From Nanobdellota archaeon (GTDB lineage: Archaea; Nanobdellota; Nanobdellia; Woesearchaeales; WJIZ01): a stretch of DNA of 49,419 nt. Under the pieces are notes generated by a model. That model searched no databases. It saw nothing but the letters and a program-made list of their open reading frames with translations, and was not told where the DNA came from. The DNA lies in contig JAUSJW010000112.1 in NCBI GenBank assembly GCA_030647105.1, forward strand, positions 1-49,419. The letters run 5' to 3'. A program made the translations under genes and the position numbers. Numbering within the stretch: the stretch's first letter is position 1; each line of letters opens with the position of its first letter. Of this stretch, positions 35,642-44,968 are shown piece by piece.

Positions 35642-36329
35642 ATCGGTTTTTTCCGATTTCCCCTCTGAACAGGCGATAGAGAAATGCGCAAACATATTTC
35701 ACTCCTAGCTTGAGCCTTCCCTCTTTCTCGAATCTGCGGACGCTCACGTTCACGCTAAGAGGGAGCATCCGGTAACTCCCCGCTTTCCTGGAGCGTCGGG
35801 AGTAGTCAAAATCCTCGGCAAGCACCACTTCTCTGTCGAATCCGCCAATCCGCCGGTGGGCGCTCCGGGTTGAGGCCATGCAGCTGCCGACAGCAAGCGG
35901 GGAAACCCATTGGAACGCCCAAAGGAGGGCATTGAGCAGGGAATAGTAGGCCCAATCAATGGGATTTCTGCTGTCAGGCCAGATATACACGCCAGCGCAG
36001 GCGAGCTTCCTTTTGCCCATTTCTCGCGCGAACGCTTCCACGAAATCCGGCTTCACCAGCGTGTCGGCGTCAAAGAACAGCAGCCAGCGGCCGCTCGCCC
36101 GTTTCGCGCCCTCGTTCCGCGCCGCGGATACCGAGCGGAAGCGATGGATAAAAAAAGTGAATTGTTTGAACTTTTTCCTGAACGCTAGGGCAGCTTTCCG
36201 GGTGTTATCCGCACTATTACTATCGGAAACAATGACCTCGAAATCCTGGTAGGTTTGTCGCGCGAGGGCGTTGAGAAGGCGTGGAAGGTAATCTTCCTCA
36301 TTAAGGGTAATAATAATGATACTAATCAT
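35565..36329 (-). CDS. GT2-family glycosyltransferase with a C-terminal 14-Lys tail
   Basis: ISIIIITLNEEDYLPRLLNALARQTYQDFEVIVSDSNSADNT and a DAD motif region. ATG 36329 lies about 25 nt from the TATA (36351-58). The 3' end overlaps the GT4 gene by 77 nt. Confidence 0.8.
   Translation of the reverse strand: MISIIIITLNEEDYLPRLLNALARQTYQDFEVIVSDSNSADNTRKAALAFRKKFKQFTFFIHRFRSVSAARNEGAKRASGRWLLFFDADTLVKPDFVEAFAREMGKRKLACAGVYIWPDSRNPIDWAYYSLLNALLWAFQWVSPLAVGSCMASTRSAHRRIGGFDREVVLAEDFDYSRRSRKAGSYRMLPLSVNVSVRRFEKEGRLKLGVKYVCAFLYRLFRGEIGKNRFTYRFGEYGPKKKKKKKKKKKKKKT
35570..35613. repeat. Perfect trinucleotide microsatellite (CTT)n, 44 nt
   Basis: Uninterrupted period-3 run read directly. TCT codons on the plus strand give Ser; AAG codons on the minus strand give Lys. 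Confidence 0.97.
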
Positions 36330-36404
36330 ATCCCCCTCATCCACAATTCCTTATAAAAACCTTTCCGAAGCGCTTATATAGAACCGTCCTCCCTATTCCG
36401 CTCT

Positions 36405-36782
36405 ATGAATCGGGGCATGGCAAAAAAGAGAATCTTGATAATCGAGGACGAAAAGCCCATTCTGGAAGCGGAAGCGATGCTGCTCGAGTCCGACTACGAG
36501 GTCTTCAAGGCCTCAGACGGCAAGAGCGGCTTCGAACTCGCGAAGAAGCACAAGCCTGATCTTGTGGTGCTGGATCTCATGCTCCCCCACCGCGGCGGCT
36601 ATGACCTGTGCTTCAGTTTCCGTCAGGACCCTACGCTTAAGAAAGCGAAAATCCTGATGGTCACCGCACTCTCCCAGGATATCGACAAGGTCAAGGGGAA
36701 GATGGTGGGGATGGACGACTATCTCACCAAGCCCTACGAGCCGAGTCTCTTCCTCGAGAAAGTGCGCAAGCTGCTTTCCTAG
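36405..36782 (+). CDS. Stand-alone response regulator receiver domain (CheY-like)
   Basis: ILIIEDE, phospho-acceptor region DLVVLDLMLP, and DDYLTKP. Confidence 0.85.
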   Translation: MNRGMAKKRILIIEDEKPILEAEAMLLESDYEVFKASDGKSGFELAKKHKPDLVVLDLMLPHRGGYDLCFSFRQDPTLKKAKILMVTALSQDIDKVKGKMVGMDDYLTKPYEPSLFLEKVRKLLS

Positions 36783-36806
36783 CATGCTGCCCTGGTCGCG
36801 GTTCTG

Positions 36807-38288
36807 ATGGCCTGGCTCCCTCCCAGCATCGACCCTGCACTATTCTTGGACGTAATGAGCTTTCGCAGGCTCGCTTATTTTCTCGGAACTCCCGGCGGAG
36901 AGCTTCTCAAGCGCGCCGCGGAGATGGTGTTTTATCTGCTCATCGTCTGGATGATTCTCGCGGAGTACCGCCAGCGCAAGCGGCGCGATTACAAATATCT
37001 CGCGGCCGGCTTCTTCGCGCTGTTCGCGAGGAACGCCATCATGTCGCTTATTCTCTTCAGCGGCGTCTTCGGCACGGTGCCATTCACGCGCTTCTCTCTC
37101 GCGTTCCTCTTCCTCGACCAGGCATTAGAGAGCCTCGCCTTGCTCGCGATTGTGGGCGCGTTCCTTTTTCCAGTATTCAGGAAGTGCGCCCAGCGGTTCC
37201 AGGGCCTGGTTATGCTCTGGAGTGTTGGCGTGGGAATGGCGCACCTTGCAGTATACACGCTTGTCAAACAGTCTTTATGTTCCCAGCCGCTAGGGGAAGC
37301 GCTTGTCGACGCCATTCAAATCAGCGTTCTGCTTCTCCCCTTCTTCGTTATTCGGAAGGCATCGTATCAGCGGCCCCGCTTCGCCCGTTCGGTGCTGGTG
37401 GCGTTCGCCGTCTACATCGTATGGCCGCTCACGAACGTTATCAGCTATCTGCTCATTGGGTACGTCGACCCGCGCGTGCGTGTTATCGAGCATCCGCTCC
37501 CCTTTATCTCCATGTTCCTCTTGCTTCGCGCAGTCTACTTGGATATGGTGGACAAGGCAGGGCTTTACAGCAAACTCAGGCAGAGCGAAGCCACCATCCA
37601 GCATGAGAAGAAGCTCAATCAGCTGAAAGATAATTTTATCTCCATCGTCAGCCACGAGCTCCGCACTCCTTTGACGTCTATAAAGCTGTATCTCGCGTTG
37701 TTGCGGCAGGGGAAATTCGGAAAAATCCTGCCCAAACAGGAGAGCGCCATGAAGACGGTCTACGATGAGAGCACCCGTCTTTCTGACCTGATCACAGACC
37801 TCCTAACCCTAAAAAAGATGGAATCAGGAAAACTCGAACTGGAAAAAGTTCGGTTCTCCCTCCCTGAAATCATCGACGATCTCTATATTCATATCGCCCG
37901 CGAGAAAGGCATGAGCGTTGAGGCGAAATTGGCGCCGTGCGCCGTCCTAGGCGACAGGAACCGCCTCAAACAGGTCTTCATCAACCTCATGAACAACGCC
38001 ATCAAGTTCTCTGAGAAAGGAGGCACAATCACGTTGTCCTGCGGAAACAAAGGGAACCAATGCTTCTTCGCCGTCTCAGACACCGGCTCTGGAATCCCAA
38101 AAGAAGAGCTCCCCAAGATTTTCGATAAGTTCTACCAAGTCGAGGACGCGCTCACAAGAAAGAACCAGGGCATCGGCCTCGGCCTCTCCATCGTGAAGCA
38201 GATTGTCGAACTCCACGGAGGAACTGTCGATGTGAAATCTGAAGTGGGCAAGGGCTCGACGTTCACGGTTTGGATTCCTAAGAATTAA
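36807..38288 (+). CDS. Sensor histidine kinase with a multi-TM N-terminal domain
   Basis: H-box FISIVSHELRTPLTSI. N, G1 and G2 boxes (NLMNNAIKFS, DTGSGI, GIGLGLSIV). About 6-7 hydrophobic segments at the N-terminus. Confidence 0.85.
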   Translation: MAWLPPSIDPALFLDVMSFRRLAYFLGTPGGELLKRAAEMVFYLLIVWMILAEYRQRKRRDYKYLAAGFFALFARNAIMSLILFSGVFGTVPFTRFSLAFLFLDQALESLALLAIVGAFLFPVFRKCAQRFQGLVMLWSVGVGMAHLAVYTLVKQSLCSQPLGEALVDAIQISVLLLPFFVIRKASYQRPRFARSVLVAFAVYIVWPLTNVISYLLIGYVDPRVRVIEHPLPFISMFLLLRAVYLDMVDKAGLYSKLRQSEATIQHEKKLNQLKDNFISIVSHELRTPLTSIKLYLALLRQGKFGKILPKQESAMKTVYDESTRLSDLITDLLTLKKMESGKLELEKVRFSLPEIIDDLYIHIAREKGMSVEAKLAPCAVLGDRNRLKQVFINLMNNAIKFSEKGGTITLSCGNKGNQCFFAVSDTGSGIPKEELPKIFDKFYQVEDALTRKNQGIGLGLSIVKQIVELHGGTVDVKSEVGKGSTFTVWIPKN

Positions 38289-38291
38289 AGG

Positions 38292-38304
38292 ATGCGTCGG
38301 CCGG
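38292..38304. repeat. 13-nt second copy of the tRNA-Gly 3' end (ATGCGTCGGCCGG)
   Basis: Identical to 38389-38401. The 84-nt insert between the copies folds into a three-way junction. Confidence 0.8.
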
Positions 38305-38389
38305 CAGAGAACTCCAGAGCCCCCGATTCGCTTCATGCTCTGGCGTGCGGCTTTACGCCGCACTCCGTACTTAACTGCCGGAACAGTTA

Positions 38390-38505
38390 TGCGTCGGCCG
38401 GGATTCGAACCCGGATCAAAAGCTGTCTTTGCGTAAGCAAAGGCCCAGGAAGGCCGCTGCCTGACGTGTGGAAGGCTTCTATCCTAGCCGTTGGACTACC
38501 GACGC
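38390..38505 (-). tRNA. tRNA-Gly (anticodon TCC) with a 44-nt intron at the canonical 37/38 position
   Basis: Minus-strand cloverleaf: acceptor GCGTCGG/CCGACGC, D arm GTCC/GGAT, anticodon arm GAAGC-CTTCCA[intron]A-GCTTT, T arm CCGGG-TTCGAAT-CCCGG. The intron contains hairpins GGCC/GGCC and CTTTGC-TTAC-GCAAAG. The TATA (reverse complement of about 38530-38541) lies about 30 nt upstream. Confidence 0.8.
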
Positions 38506-38614
38506 GCAACACGTTGGATTGCGTAATGGTTTTTAAAGCTAACGTGAGGGGGGCGAGAAATCAGACTTCCAGCGCCCAGCAAGATATTTAAACCGCCCGA
38601 GGATTCAGCAAGCT

Positions 38615-41134
38615 ATGCCTAACGACAAGGACGTCAAGCGTGAATTCAAGCTCGAGGCATCAAAGAACTACGAGAAATTCTACGCCGTCAACGTCCTCAA
38701 GTCCGAGGGCTTCCAGAGGAAGAAGTGCGCCTGTGGCACTCAATTTTGGACCGTTAACGCGGACCAGACAACCTGCGGAGACCCTGCATGCTCAGGCGGA
38801 TTCAGATTCTTCAACGGCACTCCCGCCAAGCATAAAATGGATTACATCGAGCTCTGGCAGGAGTTCGCCAAGTTCTTCCAAGCGAGAGGATACACGCCCA
38901 TCAAGCGCTACCCTGTCGTCGCGAGGTGGCGCGATGATACTGATTTTGTCCAAGCGTCCATCTACGATTTCCAGCCGTATGTCGTCTCAGGGGAAGTCAA
39001 GCCGCCTGCCAATCCGCTCGTCGTCCCTCAGTTCTGCTTGAGATTCAATGACATCGACAATGTCGGCATCACTGGCGCGCATTACACTGGATTCGTCATG
39101 ATCGGTCAGCACGCCTTCATGCCGCCGGAAAAATGGAACCAGGAAAAATACTTCACAGACATTCACGAATGGCTCACAAAAGGGCTGATGCTCCCCAAGA
39201 AGGAAATCACCTACCATGAGGACGCGTGGGCGGGCGGAGGAAACCTCGGGCCGTGCATGGAATACTTCTCGCGGGGCCTGGAGCTCGGCAATCAGGTGTA
39301 CATGATGTACGAGCAGAGGGGAAACGTCAGAAAAGAGCTCAACCTCAAGGTGCTCGACATGGGCATGGGGCATGAGCGCAATGCCTGGTTCACGCAGGGC
39401 ACAAGCACAAGCTACGAGACCACCTTCCCCACCGTCTGCAAGAAGCTCTTTGAAAAAACCGGCGTCAAGGTCAATAAGAGTGTCATTCAAAAATTCCTCC
39501 CCTACTCTTCTTACCTCAATGTCGACGAGGTCGAAAGCATAGACAAGACGTGGCAGGAAGTCGCGAAAAAGATAGGGATGGACACCAAGGAACTGAAGGA
39601 ACAAATTCTCCCTCTTTCAGCGGTCTTCAGCGTCGGCGAGCATTTGCGCTCCTTGCTCTTCGCCTTGAGCGACGGCGCCCTGCCGAGCAACGTGGGAGGC
39701 GGCTACAATCTGCGCGTCATCCTCCGAAGAGCGTTAGGCTTCATCGATTCCTACGGCTGGGACGTCGATGTCAACGACCTATGCGACTGGCACGCGTCCT
39801 ATCTCAAGCCGCTGTTCCCCGAGCTCTCCGAAAATCTTGAGAACGTTAAGAAAATCCTCGACGTGGAAAAGCGCAAGCACGCCGCGACGAGAGAGAAGAC
39901 CCGGCAAATTGTCTCAAAGCTGCTCGATAAAGTGATTACGGAAGAGAAGCTCATTGAATTATACGACTCCAATGGTATCCTTCCGGATGTCGTAAAGGAA
40001 GAGGCGTCAAAAGCAGGGAAAACCGTAACTATCCCCGATGATTTCTACGCGAAAGTCGCCGAGCGCCACGAGCAGCAGGAGCAGGCGCACGCGACGAACA
40101 AGGCGGAGCAGTTGGACCTCAAAGGCATCCCTGGGACTAAAGCACTCTACTACGAAGATTATGCTCTTTTATGCTCCCATGGAAACGTGATAAAGATTAT
40201 TGGCAAGGATGTCGTCCTCGACCAGACCGTAGCCTATCCCACCTCAGGTGGCCAGGTCAACGATAAGGTGTGGCTCAACGGCCAGGAATCAGAAGCTATC
40301 TTCAAGCAGGGCGCGGTCATCGTGCACCGTCTCAAAGAAGCGCCGAAGTTCAAGGAAGGGGGTGCGGTAGAGGTCAAAGTCGATGCAGCGCTCCGCAAGC
40401 AACTTGCGCAGCATCACACCGCGACGCACGTCGTCGGCGCTGCGGCAAGGTCGGTTCTCGGCTCGCACATCAACCAGGCGGGCGCGAAGAAGACCGAGGA
40501 AAAGGCGCATCTCGACATTACTCATTTTGAAGCGCTTACCGAAGAAGAAGTTAAGCGCATAGAAGACTGCGCGAATGGGCTGGTCAAGAAAGATTACGCT
40601 ATCTCCAAGAAGTTCTATCCAAGAGACGAGGCAGAGAAGGAATTCGGCATGCGGCTCTACCAGGGCGGAGCTGTTCCCGGCAACACGATTCGTGTTGTTA
40701 ATATTTCAGGAATCGACGTGCAGGCCTGCGGCGGCACCCACCTGAACCGCACCGGCGAGATAGGCAAGGTCCGTATCCTCAAAGCGAGCAAAATTCAGGA
40801 CGGCATCGTACGACTCACATTTACGGCGGGAAAGGCAGCGGAGCAGACCAGCGCCGGCTCAGAAGAAATTATCAAGAAAGCCGCGGAGCTTTTAGGCGTT
40901 GACACCGATCAGGTGCCAGGCAGGGCCGCCGAGGTCTTCGAGCTCTGGAAGAAAGCGAAGAAGCTCCAGAAGAAGGGACAGAAGCCCGCACCGGGAGAGC
41001 TCGACTTCAAGAGTGCCGCCCGCTCAACAGGCGACCTTCTCGAAGAGACCGCGAAAGCGCTTCAGGCCCAAAAGGAGCATCTTCTCAATACCCTGTCCAG
41101 ATTCCTAAGGGAGATTGAAGAGACAAAGAGATAA
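38615..41134 (+). CDS. alaS: Alanyl-tRNA synthetase, archaeal type (839 aa)
   Basis: Archaeal N-terminal Zn-like segment KKCACGTQFW...CGDPACSG and editing-domain motif HHTATHVV...CGGTHL. TATA at 38583-38594. Confidence 0.95.
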   Translation: MPNDKDVKREFKLEASKNYEKFYAVNVLKSEGFQRKKCACGTQFWTVNADQTTCGDPACSGGFRFFNGTPAKHKMDYIELWQEFAKFFQARGYTPIKRYPVVARWRDDTDFVQASIYDFQPYVVSGEVKPPANPLVVPQFCLRFNDIDNVGITGAHYTGFVMIGQHAFMPPEKWNQEKYFTDIHEWLTKGLMLPKKEITYHEDAWAGGGNLGPCMEYFSRGLELGNQVYMMYEQRGNVRKELNLKVLDMGMGHERNAWFTQGTSTSYETTFPTVCKKLFEKTGVKVNKSVIQKFLPYSSYLNVDEVESIDKTWQEVAKKIGMDTKELKEQILPLSAVFSVGEHLRSLLFALSDGALPSNVGGGYNLRVILRRALGFIDSYGWDVDVNDLCDWHASYLKPLFPELSENLENVKKILDVEKRKHAATREKTRQIVSKLLDKVITEEKLIELYDSNGILPDVVKEEASKAGKTVTIPDDFYAKVAERHEQQEQAHATNKAEQLDLKGIPGTKALYYEDYALLCSHGNVIKIIGKDVVLDQTVAYPTSGGQVNDKVWLNGQESEAIFKQGAVIVHRLKEAPKFKEGGAVEVKVDAALRKQLAQHHTATHVVGAAARSVLGSHINQAGAKKTEEKAHLDITHFEALTEEEVKRIEDCANGLVKKDYAISKKFYPRDEAEKEFGMRLYQGGAVPGNTIRVVNISGIDVQACGGTHLNRTGEIGKVRILKASKIQDGIVRLTFTAGKAAEQTSAGSEEIIKKAAELLGVDTDQVPGRAAEVFELWKKAKKLQKKGQKPAPGELDFKSAARSTGDLLEETAKALQAQKEHLLNTLSRFLREIEETKR

Positions 41135-41165
41135 ATTTTTATAGGCACCTTCCAAAAATGAGGGT

Positions 41166-41588
41166 ATGGACGCAACCACGCTCGACCTCATCAAGCTTCT
41201 GGTGTCGGTTCTCATCGGCGCCTTCCTCGGCATCGAGCGCAGGAAGGCGGGAAAACCGGCGGGGCTCAGGACACTCTCCCTCGTCAGTTCGGGCGCAACG
41301 CTGGCTGTCATCACCATGCTCAACGCGTTTCCCAACGATACCTCTCGCGTCATCCAGGGCATTCTCACAGGCATCGGGTTTCTCGGCGCGGGCGCCATCA
41401 TCTCAAACCGGGAAGGGATTTCAGGCCTCACGACCGCGGCCAGCATCTGGGCCACTTCAATCATTGGCGTCGCCATCGGTCTGGGCGAGTTCGTCCTCGG
41501 TATCACCTTCGCGGTCATCGCCTACTTCGTGCTGGAGATGGGGCATGTCGAGGAACTGATTGTAGGCCGGAAAAAATCATCAAAATAA
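41166..41588 (+). CDS. mgtC: MgtC/SapB-family membrane protein
   Basis: LLVSVLIGAFLGIERRKAGKPAGLRT signature and 4 TM segments. Confidence 0.8.
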   Translation: MDATTLDLIKLLVSVLIGAFLGIERRKAGKPAGLRTLSLVSSGATLAVITMLNAFPNDTSRVIQGILTGIGFLGAGAIISNREGISGLTTAASIWATSIIGVAIGLGEFVLGITFAVIAYFVLEMGHVEELIVGRKKSSK

Positions 41589-42287
41589 TTTCTTGAGAAT
41601 ATCGACCGTATAAAGCATGATGGCGTGCGCCTGTTCCTCAGAAGGAGCGAACGGCTCTTTCTTGGTGTGCACGGAGTAGATGCGCACTTGGTTGATGAGG
41701 TGAATCTGCTGAGCAATGGCCGGGTCCACCAGGATGCCTTTCTCATGCAGCTTCGAAACAAGGTTGCCTAACCCTATTCCAGGGCTTTTCTCCAGCAGGT
41801 CGTTCTTGGTCACGTCATAATATTTGCGATGGAGTGCGGTCTCAAGGATGCGGCCGCATAAGATGACGCAGGAGCGGAAGCATTTGGCGTCAAAGCAGCG
41901 ATGCGTCTCGTCGATATCCGCCTGCAGCTCGCTCCTGATTTCAGGTGGCATCCCTTTCAGCGCGGGCCGCGCAGCTTTCTGCGGCGATTCGAGGGCGAGG
42001 GAAACCGCAACAAGCCGGTCGAGGAGGCGTTTAACTCCATTCTTCTCCTGTGTCGAAGAGAGCTCGCGCAAAAGCGATTCCATCTTGCTGACTAGGATGC
42101 GATTATCCTCCAGGGAGAGCATCTCCTGTTTTCCCGGGAAAGCTATGAGCGCGCGTTTCGCCGCCTCAAAATCTGTTAAGAGGTGGGAGTGGCGCTGCTC
42201 CACATACTGGCCTTTCAGGTGAGATGTTTTCTCGAGCCTTGCGGCTGCCTCTTCGCATCGCCTGAGCGCTGTAAGGAAGTCAGTCAT
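41580..42287 (-). CDS. Hypothetical protein with a DUF4145/HEPN-like C-terminal helical domain (235 aa)
   Basis: ATG 42287 lies about 25 nt from the TATA (42307-42320). The C-terminal pattern is ...CFDAKCFRSCVILCGRILETAL...LGNLVSKLHEKGIL...INQVRIYSVHTKK..., including an R-x4-H motif. The track extension to 42509 crosses the promoter. Confidence 0.5.
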   Translation of the reverse strand: MTDFLTALRRCEEAAARLEKTSHLKGQYVEQRHSHLLTDFEAAKRALIAFPGKQEMLSLEDNRILVSKMESLLRELSSTQEKNGVKRLLDRLVAVSLALESPQKAARPALKGMPPEIRSELQADIDETHRCFDAKCFRSCVILCGRILETALHRKYYDVTKNDLLEKSPGIGLGNLVSKLHEKGILVDPAIAQQIHLINQVRIYSVHTKKEPFAPSEEQAHAIMLYTVDILKKLF

Positions 42288-42360
42288 AGCCTCTTCTTGC
42301 GTCCCTAAGTTTTTATAAGTTGTGGCAACGCATAAATAGAGGAACAAACTCTCGCAAACT

Positions 42361-42690
42361 ATGATAACCTGGCAGGACTTCGAGAATGTAGGCATCCGCG
42401 TCGGAACCATTGTGGAAGTCAGTGATTTCCCCGAAGCGAGAAAACCTGCATACAAGCTGAAAGTCGACCTCGGAGAACTGGGAATCAAGAACTCCAGCGC
42501 CCAGCTCACAAAGCTCTATTCTAAGGAAGACCTGCTAGGAAAACAAGTCATCTGTGTCACAGGATTCGCGCCAAAGCAAATCGGCCCGTTCAGGTCAGAA
42601 GTGCTCACCACTGGCTTCATCCAGAAAGACGGCTCCGTCGTTCTGGTGATTCCGGAACGTCCCGTCGAGAATGGCGCGAAGCTCGCGTAA
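42361..42690 (+). CDS. csaA: CsaA/Trbp111-type tRNA-binding domain protein
   Basis: MITWQDFENVGIRVGTIVEVSDFPEARKPAYKLKVDLG is an OB-fold tRNA-binding signature. Confidence 0.8.
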   Translation: MITWQDFENVGIRVGTIVEVSDFPEARKPAYKLKVDLGELGIKNSSAQLTKLYSKEDLLGKQVICVTGFAPKQIGPFRSEVLTTGFIQKDGSVVLVIPERPVENGAKLA

Positions 42691-42920
42691 AAGCGAAAAT
42701 TTAAGTAAGGTGAGGCATTCTAGCTTTCTATGAACCCACAGAAGAGCCAGATGGTTGTTGTTTCTGTTAGCTCCGCTCCTCTCCCGCTTCCGGCACACTA
42801 GTGCATCAGTACTTTCTTTGATTCTGTAACCATGAGGCACAACGACCATGAAACTAGAAACACGTATAAACGACGGCATTGACAGACTCGGAGAGGGCTC
42901 TGCCCTGAGTACGACTCGTG

Positions 42921-43706
42921 ATGGCCTTCCGGACTAGAATTGGATTTCTCGGCGCTGGCAATATCGCGGAAGCGATGATTGGCCGGCTGTATACAGACTC
43001 CTCTTTTGACGTCGCGGCGAGCAGGAGGGACGCAGCAAAACTCGAGGAGCTTGGCAAAAAATATGGCGTGGAAACCTACTCTAGCAACCGCGGCCTTGTT
43101 GAGCGCTCGGATGTTGTCGTTCTGGGAATAGAGCCTTCTTCGCTTGCGGCTGTATTAAAAGAGGTGCATGGGCAGCAGGCGAAGCTCTGGATTTCGCTCG
43201 TCAACGGCGCGTCGCTTGCTTATTTGCAGCAGTCGCTAGGGAAGCAGGCGCTCGTGCGTGCCATGCCTCAGATAGGATTCAAGTACGGGCACAGCGTAAC
43301 GTGGTACGCGGCAAATGGAGATTGTGCGCAAGGCGATATCGCGCTGGCGGAGCGCGTCTTCGCGGCAGGCGGCATTTCGAGGCGCATAGGGGAAAGCCAG
43401 ATGAACGCGGCGACGGCTTTCTCGTGCGAGCCCGGCCTTCTTGTGCAGGACTTGATAGCGGACCAAAAAGCGCTGGATGGCGAAGGTCTTAAGGTAGACG
43501 CGCAGGCACTCGCTTATCTCCTGAGAGGCACCGCGTCCAAAATCGAGGAGCTTGGCATTAAGGGGGCGTCAGCCTCTGTCGCGACGAAAGGTGGCTCGAC
43601 AGAGGCCGCGCATCGCTTTGCTGAAGGGAAGGGGTTGTATGCCCTGCGAGAACAGCGAGTTTCAGCTTGCGTCAGGAAGAGCGAGGAACTCTCGAGAAAA
43701 ACATAG
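42921..43706 (+). CDS. proC: Pyrroline-5-carboxylate reductase
   Basis: Rossmann N-terminus IGFLGAGNIAEAMI and a C-terminal dimerisation-domain pattern. ATG at 42921 (GTG at 42918 is also possible). Confidence 0.8.
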   Translation: MAFRTRIGFLGAGNIAEAMIGRLYTDSSFDVAASRRDAAKLEELGKKYGVETYSSNRGLVERSDVVVLGIEPSSLAAVLKEVHGQQAKLWISLVNGASLAYLQQSLGKQALVRAMPQIGFKYGHSVTWYAANGDCAQGDIALAERVFAAGGISRRIGESQMNAATAFSCEPGLLVQDLIADQKALDGEGLKVDAQALAYLLRGTASKIEELGIKGASASVATKGGSTEAAHRFAEGKGLYALREQRVSACVRKSEELSRKT

Positions 43707-44886
43707 CCAATTTCGTCTGCCTCAATTGGCTGAGCAACTTGCTTTCGCGCAGCATCCCGTCCGGAAGGAAGCCAAACTCGCTTTGTATTTTTTTTCTTAT
43801 ATATTCCAGCATCAGCTCCTTGGAGCCGAACTGCAGCGGTTGTGAGCGCATCGCGTTCCGCGCCGCCTCCCGTGTGACCCAAACGCCGAGCGGTGCGGTA
43901 TACTCTTCCGTGATGACGCGAATCGCGAGCACAGACGCCTGCCGTTTCAACTCTCGCAATTTCTCTAAGATACCGAGCCTCACGGTATAATACCCGCCAG
44001 CAGTCTCTTCGGCATAGCTAGTCCTTCCCCGGTTCGCTTCGAAGTCTGTCGACCACGTCAGCTCCTGGTTCCGAGGCACGAACGTTTCGAAGAGCTCATA
44101 GCTCCATCTCTCCGGGAAGAGCAAGACAAAGTAGTAGTTCCCGAGATGTGACCCGGTGAAGAGCAAATAATCCGCTTCAGGATAATCCCGAATCTCCTTG
44201 ATGATGTGTTTCCCCAGCATGTCATCGGTCGCCGTAATCGACCATCGTGTGGGCACTAGCTTCCGATTCTCTCCAATCCCCAGCGTCCCGACAGAGAGCA
44301 GCTTGGACAGGAAGTTCTCGTCAAACCCTTTGTCGTAAAGGGAAGTCACCGCTCCCACCGCCTTGAGGTCAGTATCGTCCACTGCCTTATCAACGCGGAC
44401 GTCAATGTGCGGATTCGACGTGAGTTCCGCCTTCTTCAGCCGGGCGTTCGGCCCCATAGGGGCAAGATGGCTGTCAGGGGTCAGCGTAAACCGCGGCACG
44501 CTCTCAAGCGAGATGTCTACATCAGTCGGCCGGGAAGCCATCCCAATCTCCTGCGCCAAAGTCAGGAACTTATCCCGCTCATGAACGTTCACCTTCTTTG
44601 AGCTATTCACGAGCTCTGAGCGGAAATCGATGATGCGGGGAATGGCGTACTTTTGCGCTGCCCAGTGCTTTGGGGCGTCATACTCCCAAGCGTTCTCCTG
44701 CCGTTCGGGAGGCGAGAGGATACCCACATTGACGTCCGGATACCCAAACCGCCCAACAAAAGGGGCTGGGGAATTGGATTGAAACTCAGGCTTCAGCACC
44801 TGCTTCACCTTGAAGATAGACCTCTTCTTGGAGCACAGCGGACAAGTGCAATCTGGGCTGTCAGTATGGACATACGAGAGACGCAT
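43672..44886 (-). CDS. nreA: Nre-family (NreA-like) archaeal DNA repair protein
   Basis: N-terminal Cys motif CTCPLC, then SPAPFVGRFGYPDVNVGILSPP and LVPTRWSITATD, as I recall for Nre_N/Nre_C. ATG 44886 lies 27 nt from the TATA at 44909-18. Confidence 0.65.
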   Translation of the reverse strand: MRLSYVHTDSPDCTCPLCSKKRSIFKVKQVLKPEFQSNSPAPFVGRFGYPDVNVGILSPPERQENAWEYDAPKHWAAQKYAIPRIIDFRSELVNSSKKVNVHERDKFLTLAQEIGMASRPTDVDISLESVPRFTLTPDSHLAPMGPNARLKKAELTSNPHIDVRVDKAVDDTDLKAVGAVTSLYDKGFDENFLSKLLSVGTLGIGENRKLVPTRWSITATDDMLGKHIIKEIRDYPEADYLLFTGSHLGNYYFVLLFPERWSYELFETFVPRNQELTWSTDFEANRGRTSYAEETAGGYYTVRLGILEKLRELKRQASVLAIRVITEEYTAPLGVWVTREAARNAMRSQPLQFGSKELMLEYIRKKIQSEFGFLPDGMLRESKLLSQLRQTKLAMFFSRVPRSS

Positions 44887-44968
44887 AGCCAAACGGAGGG
44901 TAGGCGGGCATAAATAGCTTTGGGGGAGGCACTGGACACGTAACGCGGAGAGGTGGACAGCAGTCGTT

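Noticed and set aside
38292-38591. 99-aa plus-strand ORF
   Set aside because: It is entirely antisense to tRNA-Gly, its intron and its promoter.
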